From Thermoplasmatota archaeon (lineage in GTDB: Archaea > Thermoplasmatota > Penumbrarchaeia > Penumbrarchaeales > Penumbrarchaeaceae), in assembly GCA_965234725.1 (NCBI GenBank), contig CBDDUX010000004.1, forward strand, positions 1 through 64,000: a stretch of 64,000 bases of DNA. The letters are read 5' to 3'. This document shows, in pieces, positions 9,789-19,300 of this stretch. Made by a program: the position numbers and the translations under genes. The notes beneath the pieces are model-generated. The model searched no databases. It saw nothing but the letters and a program-made list of their open reading frames with translations, and was not told the DNA's origin. Within the stretch, counting starts at the first letter, position 1; each line of letters opens with the position of its first letter.

Positions 9789-11333
9789 TCATTCATTTTC
9801 GGGATCCATCAGATCTCCCATGATATCCACTGCCGCACCACCGTGGCGGGTCATCCTTGTACGGACCTCGACCAGGACCGGTTCATTGAGGTTCCCCCCC
9901 ACAACAATTGCAACAGCGACAGGAAGCCTCTGCACCTCCTCTGCCATTCTTGTTGTCAATCCCTCCACCGAGGATATGACAGCTTTGAGATCATTGGGAT
10001 TCGTAACCTTCAATATAATCTGGGTGCCGCACTGTGAAAGGACGTTCTTATCGACCTTTGCAGGTCTCTGGGAAACGATGATCAACCCCATCCCGAACTT
10101 CCTGCCCTCCGAAGCTATGGTCCTGAGGACCTTCGAGGTGATTGCAGGACCTGATTGCGGACAGAAATTATGTGCTTCCTCCACGACCAGCATGAAGGGT
10201 GGAATGATCCCTTCCTTCCTGGCCTTGAAAAGCTGCATCAAGAGGGCAGCAGCTCCTACCTGCTGCAGGTCCAGGGAAGCATTTGTCATCTCGACCACGG
10301 ATACCTGGCCCTTTGATACGATCTCCTGAATAGGTGTCGGAGAGTTGGAGAATATTCGCATCCTCATGAGATGTTCGAGCCCGTTGACTATGTTCCATTT
10401 GGCTGGATTGGGATCCGTCTGCACTGCAGCAAGGATATCGTTCAGTTCAATTTCGTCCCCTAGAATTTCAATTGCTTTCTGAAAAGCATTGTAGAGGATG
10501 GATGAACCAGCTCCCAGATTCCTGAGACCCATCAGGTCAAGGAGGTCCTCAGCTGATAGTCTCTTTATATCTATCCCCAGTGGGGTCACCTCGTCCTCAC
10601 CATATTCGGGAGCAGCCATCCCGAATTCCCTGATTGATGTTCCCAGGCCTTTTGGGGATGTTCCGAACCTTGTCATCTGACCATATTCAACCCGGTCAAG
10701 ATTGGGAGAGATCATGGACCTGTACTCCCCGTGGAGGTCAAGTATCACGACCGGTATACCATGCCGGTTGAGTTCTTCGGTCAGGACCCCGCAGGCATAA
10801 GATTTTCCTGACCCGCTCTTGGCAATGATGGAAACGTGGTTCTGGACCAGTTTCGATGGTTGGAGGACCACATCCAGATCGGTATGGAGGAGCTTGCCGA
10901 TATAGGCTCCATGCCTCCTATCGACTTCCAGTCCCAGGACCGAACAGATGCTTTCTTTGTGGGGGGTGTAGATGTTGGAGGAGGGAAGAATGGGGGTAAG
11001 TGGCCTACTCAACCGACCTTCTCGGTCTCTACTTCCTATCATCTTGACTGTCGCGATCCTTCGGTAAGAGACCTTTCCGTTCTTCCCTGCAAGTCTCATG
11101 GCAGCTTCCTCATGCCCGACATCGGACCTCAGTTCAACCTCATCAACGAGTCCGAGGACCCACCCCTCTGAGGGATGATGGACCTCCACGTAGTCCATCT
11201 CCCTGAGTCCCGGGTCCGTGATTATGCACTTGAAGCAATTCGAGGAGACATTGCCGTAAACTGCTCCGATAGGTCCTCCCGGATGCCCGGGGTCAGTTGG
11301 TCCTTCCACTGTCTCCTTCTTGCAAATAGACAA
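9789..11333 (-). CDS. HerA-like ATPase (HAS barrel + DUF87)
   Basis: Walker A AKSGSGKS, ILDLHGEY, Walker B LVVEEAHNF, EGRKFG and SQRPAKVDKNVLSQC. The start codon is uncertain. Confidence 0.88.
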   Translation of the reverse strand: MSICKKETVEGPTDPGHPGGPIGAVYGNVSSNCFKCIITDPGLREMDYVEVHHPSEGWVLGLVDEVELRSDVGHEEAAMRLAGKNGKVSYRRIATVKMIGSRDREGRLSRPLTPILPSSNIYTPHKESICSVLGLEVDRRHGAYIGKLLHTDLDVVLQPSKLVQNHVSIIAKSGSGKSYACGVLTEELNRHGIPVVILDLHGEYRSMISPNLDRVEYGQMTRFGTSPKGLGTSIREFGMAAPEYGEDEVTPLGIDIKRLSAEDLLDLMGLRNLGAGSSILYNAFQKAIEILGDEIELNDILAAVQTDPNPAKWNIVNGLEHLMRMRIFSNSPTPIQEIVSKGQVSVVEMTNASLDLQQVGAAALLMQLFKARKEGIIPPFMLVVEEAHNFCPQSGPAITSKVLRTIASEGRKFGMGLIIVSQRPAKVDKNVLSQCGTQIILKVTNPNDLKAVISSVEGLTTRMAEEVQRLPVAVAIVVGGNLNEPVLVEVRTRMTRHGGAAVDIMGDLMDPENE

Positions 11334-11440
11334 TCTGTATTCCTCGAAGGTCCTTTGACGGGAAGGTAGATAAATGTTGCTTGGGGGGTGGAAGAATGTG
11401 CAACAACAAAGGGAAATAGTCGCCTATCCATCTCGCGTAT

Positions 11441-12085
11441 ATGGGAACCAATAGGATCCTGAATTCGAATGGAAAGATATATACCCTTGACAGAGAGGGT
11501 GGACAACCGGTCTACGGGGAAGAGATCATCGAAGTGAATGGAGAGAAGTATCGGGAATGGATCCCATGGAGGTCCAAGCTGGGTGCCCTATTAAAGAAAA
11601 GGGATTTTTCAATTCCGGATGTGGACGTTCTGTATCTGGGAGCAGCACAGGGGACAACAGTTTCCCATCTTTCCGATATTTTGGAAGAAGGGAGGATATT
11701 CGCTGTTGAATTCTCTCCAGTGGCATTTAGAAAACTGGTTCATCTCTCCCGCAGAAGGGACAATATCATTCCGATACTTGCGGATGCCTTCCATCCTGAA
11801 AGATACCGATCGATGGTACCAACCGTCGGCATGCTCTATCAGGACGTATCTCAGAAGGACCAGACGGGGATGTTCGTCATGAACGGGGGGATGTTCCTCG
11901 AAAAGAACGGTTTGGGACTCCTGATGTTAAAGGCAAGGTCAGTGGATGTGACGGCCAGACCGGAGGATGTTTATGGAAATTCCGCAAGGGAACTCCGGGA
12001 CAGTGGTTGTGATGTGATCTCTATTGAGGACCTCTCGCCTTTTCAAAAGGACCATGCGGCTATCGAGACCAGATTCAGGTCCTGA
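11441..12085 (+). CDS. flpA: Fibrillarin-like rRNA/tRNA 2'-O-methyltransferase
   Basis: Motifs VYGE, YREW.P.RSKL, VLYLGAA.GTTVSHLSD, AVEFS, YQDVSQ, KARSVDVT and LSPFQKDH. Confidence 0.95.
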   Translation: MGTNRILNSNGKIYTLDREGGQPVYGEEIIEVNGEKYREWIPWRSKLGALLKKRDFSIPDVDVLYLGAAQGTTVSHLSDILEEGRIFAVEFSPVAFRKLVHLSRRRDNIIPILADAFHPERYRSMVPTVGMLYQDVSQKDQTGMFVMNGGMFLEKNGLGLLMLKARSVDVTARPEDVYGNSARELRDSGCDVISIEDLSPFQKDHAAIETRFRS

Positions 12086-12096
12086 CGTTTCTTTCT

Positions 12097-12110
12097 AGAA
12101 AGTTTAAAAG
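12097..12110 (+). promoter_or_regulatory. BRE/TATA promoter of the DUF1015-serC operon (probably leaderless)
   Basis: AGAAAG-TTTAAAAG ends 23 nt upstream of ATG 12134, and no SD precedes that ATG. Confidence 0.55.
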
Positions 12111-12133
12111 GACCTTCTCACATACCGCCACCC

Positions 12134-13462
12134 ATGGTCACAGTCGTCCCTTTCAAAGCATATAGATACAATAAGGAAGCTATAACGGATCTCTCAAAGG
12201 TAGTGGCTCCTCCCTATGATGTTATCAAGGGGAAGAAACTGGACGCGGTCCAGGCACTTTCTCCATACAATATCTCATGGATCACCAAGAACAAACCCCG
12301 GGAAGGGGACACAACCGATGATAACCAGTATACAAGGGCTAGAGACCTTCTCAATGATTGGATATCAAAAGGGATCCTTGAACAGGATGGGGAGGATTCC
12401 TTCTATGTCTACTCACAGGATTTCGAGGTTATGGGAAGGACACTCACAAGGTTCGGTTTCATCGGCCTTCTTGAATTGGAAGAGTTCGCCAAGGAAGCTC
12501 CGAAGGAAGGTCCTTTTGCAGGAGTTCTCCAGCATGAGGAGACCCTTCCGAAGGATATCGAGGATAGACTGAACCTCTCCCGGAACACTATGGCTCAGTT
12601 CGGACAGATCTTCGTCATCTATCCCGACCAGGAAGGAAGTGTGGATTCAATACTTATCAAGAACATGGAAAAGGACCCATCGATGGATGTTGTGGATAAC
12701 GAAGGTATCCGACACAGATTGTGGAAAGTGGACTCCCCCGAGGATACGGGAGCGATCACCCAGCTGATGGGGAACAAGTTCGTGATAATCGCTGATGGCC
12801 ACCATAGGTACAAGACGGCCCTTGCTTTGAAAAAGGAGCAACCGGAATTGGAAAGTGCAAGGTTCAGGATGTTGACATTTGTGAATATGTCGAATCCGGG
12901 ACTTGTGATCCTTCCCACACACCGATTGGTTCAGAACCTGGAAGATTTCGATATACCTTCACTCATCCAGAAGATGGAGATGTATTTCACCATCAAGAAG
13001 CATGTTTCAAAGGATGAGATGTTCCTGGAGATGGATGGTTCTTTCCAGGAAGGAAAGCATTCATTCGGTGTATATCTCAACAACGGGGATTTCTATTCCA
13101 TGGAACTCAAGGATGTCTCGCCCATGACTGGACTCCGGAAGGATGCCTCACATGAGCTCAGGCAATTGGATGTTGCCATCCTTCACTCAATGATACTGGA
13201 TAATATCTTGGGCATAGACAAGGAGAAGCTTCTCCATGGAACCATGACCGGAGGCGGTTATGTTGTCTATATCAAGGGAATTGGCGATGCGGTGGATGAA
13301 TCCATTCAATCCGTCAATGATGGAGCCCAGTGTGTCTTCTTCATGAACCCCACAAGGATAGAAGAGGTCGAATCGGTCTCAAAGAACTTCGAATGCATGC
13401 CCCAGAAATCCACCTTCTTCCATCCGAAGGTCTGGACTGGATTCACGATCAATAAGCTTTAA
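12134..13462 (+). CDS. DUF1015 family protein (ParB/Srx-like fold)
   Basis: Motifs APPYDVI, HEETL, IADGHHRY, ILPTHR and MPQKSTFFHPK. Confidence 0.88.
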   Translation: MVTVVPFKAYRYNKEAITDLSKVVAPPYDVIKGKKLDAVQALSPYNISWITKNKPREGDTTDDNQYTRARDLLNDWISKGILEQDGEDSFYVYSQDFEVMGRTLTRFGFIGLLELEEFAKEAPKEGPFAGVLQHEETLPKDIEDRLNLSRNTMAQFGQIFVIYPDQEGSVDSILIKNMEKDPSMDVVDNEGIRHRLWKVDSPEDTGAITQLMGNKFVIIADGHHRYKTALALKKEQPELESARFRMLTFVNMSNPGLVILPTHRLVQNLEDFDIPSLIQKMEMYFTIKKHVSKDEMFLEMDGSFQEGKHSFGVYLNNGDFYSMELKDVSPMTGLRKDASHELRQLDVAILHSMILDNILGIDKEKLLHGTMTGGGYVVYIKGIGDAVDESIQSVNDGAQCVFFMNPTRIEEVESVSKNFECMPQKSTFFHPKVWTGFTINKL

Positions 13463-13476
13463 ACGAGGTGAATTGG

Positions 13477-14565
13477 ATGACAAAAAGGGTAAACAACTTC
13501 TATGCAGGCCCTGCCACACTACCATTACCGGTGCTTGAAAGGGCAAGGGATGAGTTCCTGGACTTCGCCGGGACTGGTATGTCCGTAATGGAGATATCGC
13601 ACAGGTCAAAGGAATACGACAAGGTCCATCAGGAATCAATGCAGCTCGTTAAGGAGCTTATGGGCCTGAAGGATGACAGGAAGGTCATGTGGCTCCAGGG
13701 AGGGGCCTCGACCCAGTTCTACATGGTCCCGTTGAACCTCCAGCTGCCCGGAAAGAAGATGCAGTACGTCAATACCGGAGCCTGGTCGAAAAAGGCCATC
13801 AAGGAGGCTGGGTTCTACGGTGATGTTGAGGTCGTCGCATCTTCAGAGGATACCAAATTCTCCTACATTCCCAAAGGTGTCCAGTTCTCGGAGGATGCCG
13901 CCTTTGCCCATATTACCGGCAATAACACCATTTACGGGACAGAATGGCATTACATGCCCAAGGTTCCTGATGAGGTCCCCCTCGTCAGTGACATGTCATC
14001 CCATCTCATGGACAGGGTCATGGATTACAACGCCTTCGATGTGATCTATGCTGGAGCTCAGAAGAACCTCGGCCCTGCTGGTGTTACACTGGTTGTTGTC
14101 AGGGAGGATCTTCTTGAGAGGGTCCCTCAGAATACTCCGACCATGCAGAAGTGGTCCACTCAAGCTGCAAAGGATTCGCTATTCAACACAGGACCTGTCT
14201 TCCCGATATATATCTGCAAATTATCCATGGATCACATGAAAGAGATGGGCGGGATCGCTGCCATCGAGAAGATCAATCGGGAGAAGGCAAAGGTGGTCTA
14301 TGATGTCATCGATGGTTCAGGAGGCTTCTACAAAGGGCACGTGACCGATAAGGACTCGAGGTCCCTTATGAACGTCACCTTCAATCTGGCAACACCCGAG
14401 CTCGAAGCAAAATGTGTCGAAGAGGGCAAGGCAAGGGACCTCATTGGTCTCAAGGGACACAGGTCCGTTGGAGGAATGAGAGCTTCCATCTACAATGCCA
14501 TGCCTCTCGAAGGCGTAAAGGTCCTTGCGGAATTCCTGAAGGAATTCCAGTCAAAGAACCAATGA
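13477..14565 (+). CDS. serC: Phosphoserine aminotransferase
   Basis: Motifs NFYAGPA.LP, SVMEISHRS, QGGAS.QF, DMSS, YAGAQKNLGPAG (PLP lysine) and GHRSVGGMRASIYNA. GAGGTG precedes ATG 13477. Confidence 0.95.
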   Translation: MTKRVNNFYAGPATLPLPVLERARDEFLDFAGTGMSVMEISHRSKEYDKVHQESMQLVKELMGLKDDRKVMWLQGGASTQFYMVPLNLQLPGKKMQYVNTGAWSKKAIKEAGFYGDVEVVASSEDTKFSYIPKGVQFSEDAAFAHITGNNTIYGTEWHYMPKVPDEVPLVSDMSSHLMDRVMDYNAFDVIYAGAQKNLGPAGVTLVVVREDLLERVPQNTPTMQKWSTQAAKDSLFNTGPVFPIYICKLSMDHMKEMGGIAAIEKINREKAKVVYDVIDGSGGFYKGHVTDKDSRSLMNVTFNLATPELEAKCVEEGKARDLIGLKGHRSVGGMRASIYNAMPLEGVKVLAEFLKEFQSKNQ

Positions 14566-14588
14566 GATAAGGGAGATATTCGGATAGC

Positions 14589-14626
14589 ACCCCCGTCCAC
14601 AAGAAAACGGGGGTCCTCTTATTTTG
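14589..14626 (+). terminator. Hairpin after serC, possible terminator
   Basis: An 8-bp perfect stem ACCCCCGT/ACGGGGGT with a 10-nt loop, followed by pyrimidine-rich CCTCTTATTTT. Confidence 0.5.
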
Positions 14627-14720
14627 ACGAAGTAAAACGTGTCAATATTGATATCCATGGGGGACCTCCCTTGAAATCCTTTTTAAAGATATTCTCTCTT
14701 ACACCAAAGGGTAGGAGCCG

Positions 14721-16076
14721 ATGCCGAAGGGGACTTCAGACATTTACAACAGGCCCAATCAGCCTCTGAAGGAAAGGCTCAGGGGGGCGGACCCTGTCAT
14801 GCTGGTGATCTATGGTTATCTAGCCTACATCGGTATAGGTACACTTTTTTTGGCCCTCCCCTACGCCCAGTCCAATACCGTTAATTTCCTGGACTCGGTC
14901 TTTGTTTCAGCATCTGCTGTATCAACAACAGGACTCAGCCCCGTTGACATTCACACGGATTACAACACTTTCGGCCATATAGTCATCCTCATTCTCATAC
15001 AGTTGGGAGGGATAGGCTACATGACCTTCTCATCCTTCGTACTTCTCTCCAAGAAGGATGAACTCTCGGACAGGAGGAAGAAGGTTTGCACGACGGTGTT
15101 CTCGATCCCGAAGGATTTCATTATCGAGAAGTTCCTGTTCAAGGTGATCATATTCACCGGTTTCATTGAAGGATTGGGAACACTTGCACTTTACTTCATC
15201 TTCAAGGCAGAAGGAGTGAAATATCCTCTCTGGCAGGCGGTATTCACCTCGATATCGGCCTTCTGTACCGCAGGTTTCTCTCTCTTTGCCGGAAACCTTG
15301 AACAATTCTCAGGCAACTTCTGGTTGAATTTTGTTGTTGCAGTACTCTCGATCTCAGGTGCTATCGGTTTTATTGTATTCGTGGATGGGTTTAACTATAT
15401 CACAAGAAAGACCCCGCACCTTTCCTTCACTTCCAGGATCATAGTCAGGACCACTGCCTATATCCTGATCGCCGGGACCCTTATCATACTGATATCGGAA
15501 GGATCCATCAGGGACCTTCCCAACTATGAGAAGGTTCTTGCAGCTTTCTTTCAGACAATGTCATCAATGACGACTGTAGGCTTCAATACGGTCCCAATAG
15601 CTCCTTTTTCAAAGAGCGTTCTTTTTCTTATGGTGCTTATAATGATCATTGGAGCTTCCCCTGCAGGAACCGGAGGAGGTCTTAAATCCACCACGTTCAC
15701 CTCGATCATAGGAGAGATCAGGTCAGTACTCCTTGACAAGAGAGATGTCACCTTCTGGAAGCAGAGGATCCCTTCAGACAGACTGAAGCAGGCAAATGCC
15801 ACCCTTGGAATGTATCTTGCCGCACTGTTTGTGGGGGTCTATCTTCTGACTCTGACCGAGGATGCTGGTCTGATGGATATCTTCTTCGAAGCCGCCTCTG
15901 CCCTGGGAACGGTGGGTCTTTCAACGAACTTCACATCAGATCTAACAGCCCTTGGTAAGATATGGATAATGCTCCTGATGTTCGTTGGGAGGGTAGGGCC
16001 TTTGGGATTTGGTATGGCCATTTTCGTGAAGAACAAACTTATCTGGGATAACAGGAAAACGGATCTGGCGATCTGA
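14721..16076 (+). CDS. trkH: TrkH/KtrB-type potassium uptake membrane protein
   Basis: Four pore-loop motifs (SAVSTTGL, SAFCTAGF, SSMTTVGF, SALGTVGL), plus GASPAGTGGGLK and MFVGRVG. Confidence 0.9.
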   Translation: MPKGTSDIYNRPNQPLKERLRGADPVMLVIYGYLAYIGIGTLFLALPYAQSNTVNFLDSVFVSASAVSTTGLSPVDIHTDYNTFGHIVILILIQLGGIGYMTFSSFVLLSKKDELSDRRKKVCTTVFSIPKDFIIEKFLFKVIIFTGFIEGLGTLALYFIFKAEGVKYPLWQAVFTSISAFCTAGFSLFAGNLEQFSGNFWLNFVVAVLSISGAIGFIVFVDGFNYITRKTPHLSFTSRIIVRTTAYILIAGTLIILISEGSIRDLPNYEKVLAAFFQTMSSMTTVGFNTVPIAPFSKSVLFLMVLIMIIGASPAGTGGGLKSTTFTSIIGEIRSVLLDKRDVTFWKQRIPSDRLKQANATLGMYLAALFVGVYLLTLTEDAGLMDIFFEAASALGTVGLSTNFTSDLTALGKIWIMLLMFVGRVGPLGFGMAIFVKNKLIWDNRKTDLAI

Positions 16077-16342
16077 AACTCCCCTTGGATCTTAGCTTTT
16101 CTCACATGTGTATATGTAGTGATATTTTGACATTCGAAATTATAACTATAATGGATTTTGCCGGAAAATCTTTAAATAATCCCTTGAGAGATAATATTTG
16201 TAAGAGGATTCAATCAGTCGGATGAAGAATTCAAATTTTATTAATGTTTATTAAAAGTTGATAAAATCAATATAATTTGATAAAGTCACATGTGATTGGG
16301 GTTTATAAATATTCATTGATCTGATAGCTATTTGGTGTTATA

Positions 16343-19300
16343 ATGATTGAGAGAAACAGGGCTTTTGTGATGGTGGCGATCGTTCTTCTCTCTATTGGGA
16401 CCTTGCCTATGATCCTTTCCGAAACATCAGGTGGGGAAGTAATTGAAGATATGATTGATAAAGAGTCCTTTGAAAAAGTGGTTCAATTCGATATAACATA
16501 TTCAATTGAGAGAACCCTGAGAGGAGGTAAATATTTCATGAGGCCAATTCTGAATGAGGGAGGGGTCCAGAGCGGTCAGGATGGAGAGGAGATTCCCTTT
16601 GTCAGATTTGTAATGAGTTCACCTTCCAAGATCAGTTCCTATTCTTTTTCCTTCAATAACCCTCGATTTTTTTCCATGGATGTCGTTCCATCAATGTCAT
16701 CGGCTGTTCTTGGTGAGGGGTCTTTGGTCGATCCCAGATGGAATGGGAATGTAGAACATGAACTATCAACCGACCATTCACTTGACCTGATATCCGACGG
16801 AGAAGCCAGGCTCGTCTACCGGCTGAGAATAAATCCGGTATCCATCTCAGGATCCGTTTCATTGGTCTATACCAGAGTTACTCTGAAGATGTACATGGAG
16901 CTCCCAACGAAGGATCTTCAATATCCTGACCAGGGCCACAAACCCACGGGAGATATCGATTACCTCGTTATAACCTCTAAAGACCTTGTGGATTCTATCA
17001 GACCCCTGGCGGAATGGAAAACAGAAAAAGGTGAGTTCGCTGTGATAATTACTGTTGAAGAGATCGAAGGTATGTATTCCTCCGGGGATCTCGCATATAG
17101 GATGAGGAAATATGTTCAGGGAATGGAGGAGAGATTCGATATCGATAATCTCCTTCTTGCAGGGGATTACAGCGAGGTCCCTACAAGGAACTCATATAGT
17201 GATTATCCGGCTACAATGTACGGAGAACCCTCAAATTTTGCATCCGACGGATATTTCGCCTGCGTGAGCACGGGTACGAGTTGGAACTCGGATTCAGACG
17301 GTAGGATCGCTGAGGGCAACGAGATCGATGACCCTTATCCGGATATGGCAGTCGGGCGGCTTGCGATCAGCAATAAGAGTATAATGAAGGAAAAGGTCCT
17401 GGAGCTCCTCTCCAGGGAGAAATCATTGCACTATGATGAAAACCTTGATAGGACTGTGCTGATAGCTGGAGATAACGGGCAGGTACCTGGTGAATCCACG
17501 GATGTGATGGACCATTTCTGGGATGAGTATGCATCATCAACTTTCGATGGCAGGGAAACGGTCTACCATGACGGCTCGGGTACTTATCCATACAAAACCT
17601 CGTCAATGGTCGGATTAATGAATGAAGGGCACAACATCTACGGGTATTTTTCCCACGGGGAATATGATGGTCTACCTGCACTATTCCACAATAGTGATGT
17701 AGCGTTGTTGAACGCCAATGGCTCGGAAGGATTGATGTTTGCCATGGCTTGCGTGACCGGATGGTTCGACAAACCCATCGGTGGTATGTTGACCAAATCT
17801 GGTGATTGCTTTGCAGAAGCTCTGACCGAGACCCCGAACAAAGGGTTAGTGGGATACATCGGAGCTTCCAGATTGGCAATGGGTGATTCAGATACAGTGT
17901 ACAGCGGGGACGCACCGGGATTGGAGGAGGATTTCTACAGAGCCGTGAACAAGGTCTACAATGATGAGATCGGGAGGACGATAGGGGATGTCTATCTTGA
18001 TGCTGTCACATCCTTCTCGTCTTCATTCTATCCATTCCCGAACAATCAGAACGATGCATCAAAAAGGACCTTCCTCGAATACAATCTGCTTGGAGAACCG
18101 GATGCCCCATTGATCATCAATGAACCTACAACGCTATTGCTGGATTATGAATTGGACCTCTCAACAAAAGAAGTTGCCGTAAAAGTTACCGATGACGAAG
18201 GCAACCCTGTGAAGGATGCGACTGTTTCGGTGACAAGATTCGGAGAGCTCGGAGTGAAGGAGAAGACCGATGAAAATGGGGGATCTCTCCTCAAGATACC
18301 TCCATCTAACGGAGGGAATGTGACGATCTGTGCATTCAAGGAAGGATGCATCCATGATAATGATACTTTCAACCTGCCTGATGATCTCTCTCCGGAGACA
18401 ATGTGCTCCATCTTCCCCGCATCTCCAGATGGTAATAATGGATACTATATCACCCATCCCAGGATAGTACTTTGGGGAGACGAACCCGTTGAGGTTGAAT
18501 ACAGGTGGGATCAGGGAGTAACAGAGACTGCTCAGATTCCCCCGGTAATCATTGCCCCGGAAGGGAATAACACATTATATTTCAGGGTAAAGGACGAAGT
18601 CGGGCATTTATCCGACTGGGCTGATCTGAACCTCAAGATCGATACTGTCTCACCTGATCTGAAGATCAAAACAGATCCTGCGATCGTTGAAGGCCAGATA
18701 TTCACATCCTCTCCTCTTATCTCCATAGGATCGGACGAGGATCTGGATTATTGCCACTACAGGATCGATAACGGTCAGTCAAGGACATACAACGGTCCTT
18801 TCGAGGTGGAAGAGGGAGAGCATACAATCATGTTCAAAGCCTCGGACCTCGCTGGAAACGAGGCCGAGGTTTCCATGGAATTTATCGTAGACATGACAGC
18901 CTCAGTCAGCCAGCTGGATATCTCTCATGAACCGGATGGCAAGAATGGGTATTATTGGACAATTCCAACGATCAGGATACTGTCTCACTCATCGGACATT
19001 GGGGGTTTGGAATACAGATGGGATGATGAGGATTGGACAGAATATACAGTAGAGATCCATCCAACCGATGGGGTCCATGTACTCTCATACAGATCAATCG
19101 ATATGGCCGGGAATATCGAGACCGAGAGGACCTGGACCTTTAAAATGGATCAGACCCTGCCCGAGATGGCAATCGAAGTGGACCCCCCTCTTCCGGATGG
19201 GGATAATAATTACTACAGGTCCATACCAGAAATCACTGTCGCTTCAAATGACAATGTAAGGTATATCCTTCTACCTGAAGACGGAAGAATGATGGATTGG

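Noticed and set aside
9789-11333. HerA as part of an anti-phage system (Sir2-HerA, Nezha)
   Set aside because: There is no adjacent effector, and the neighbours are housekeeping genes.
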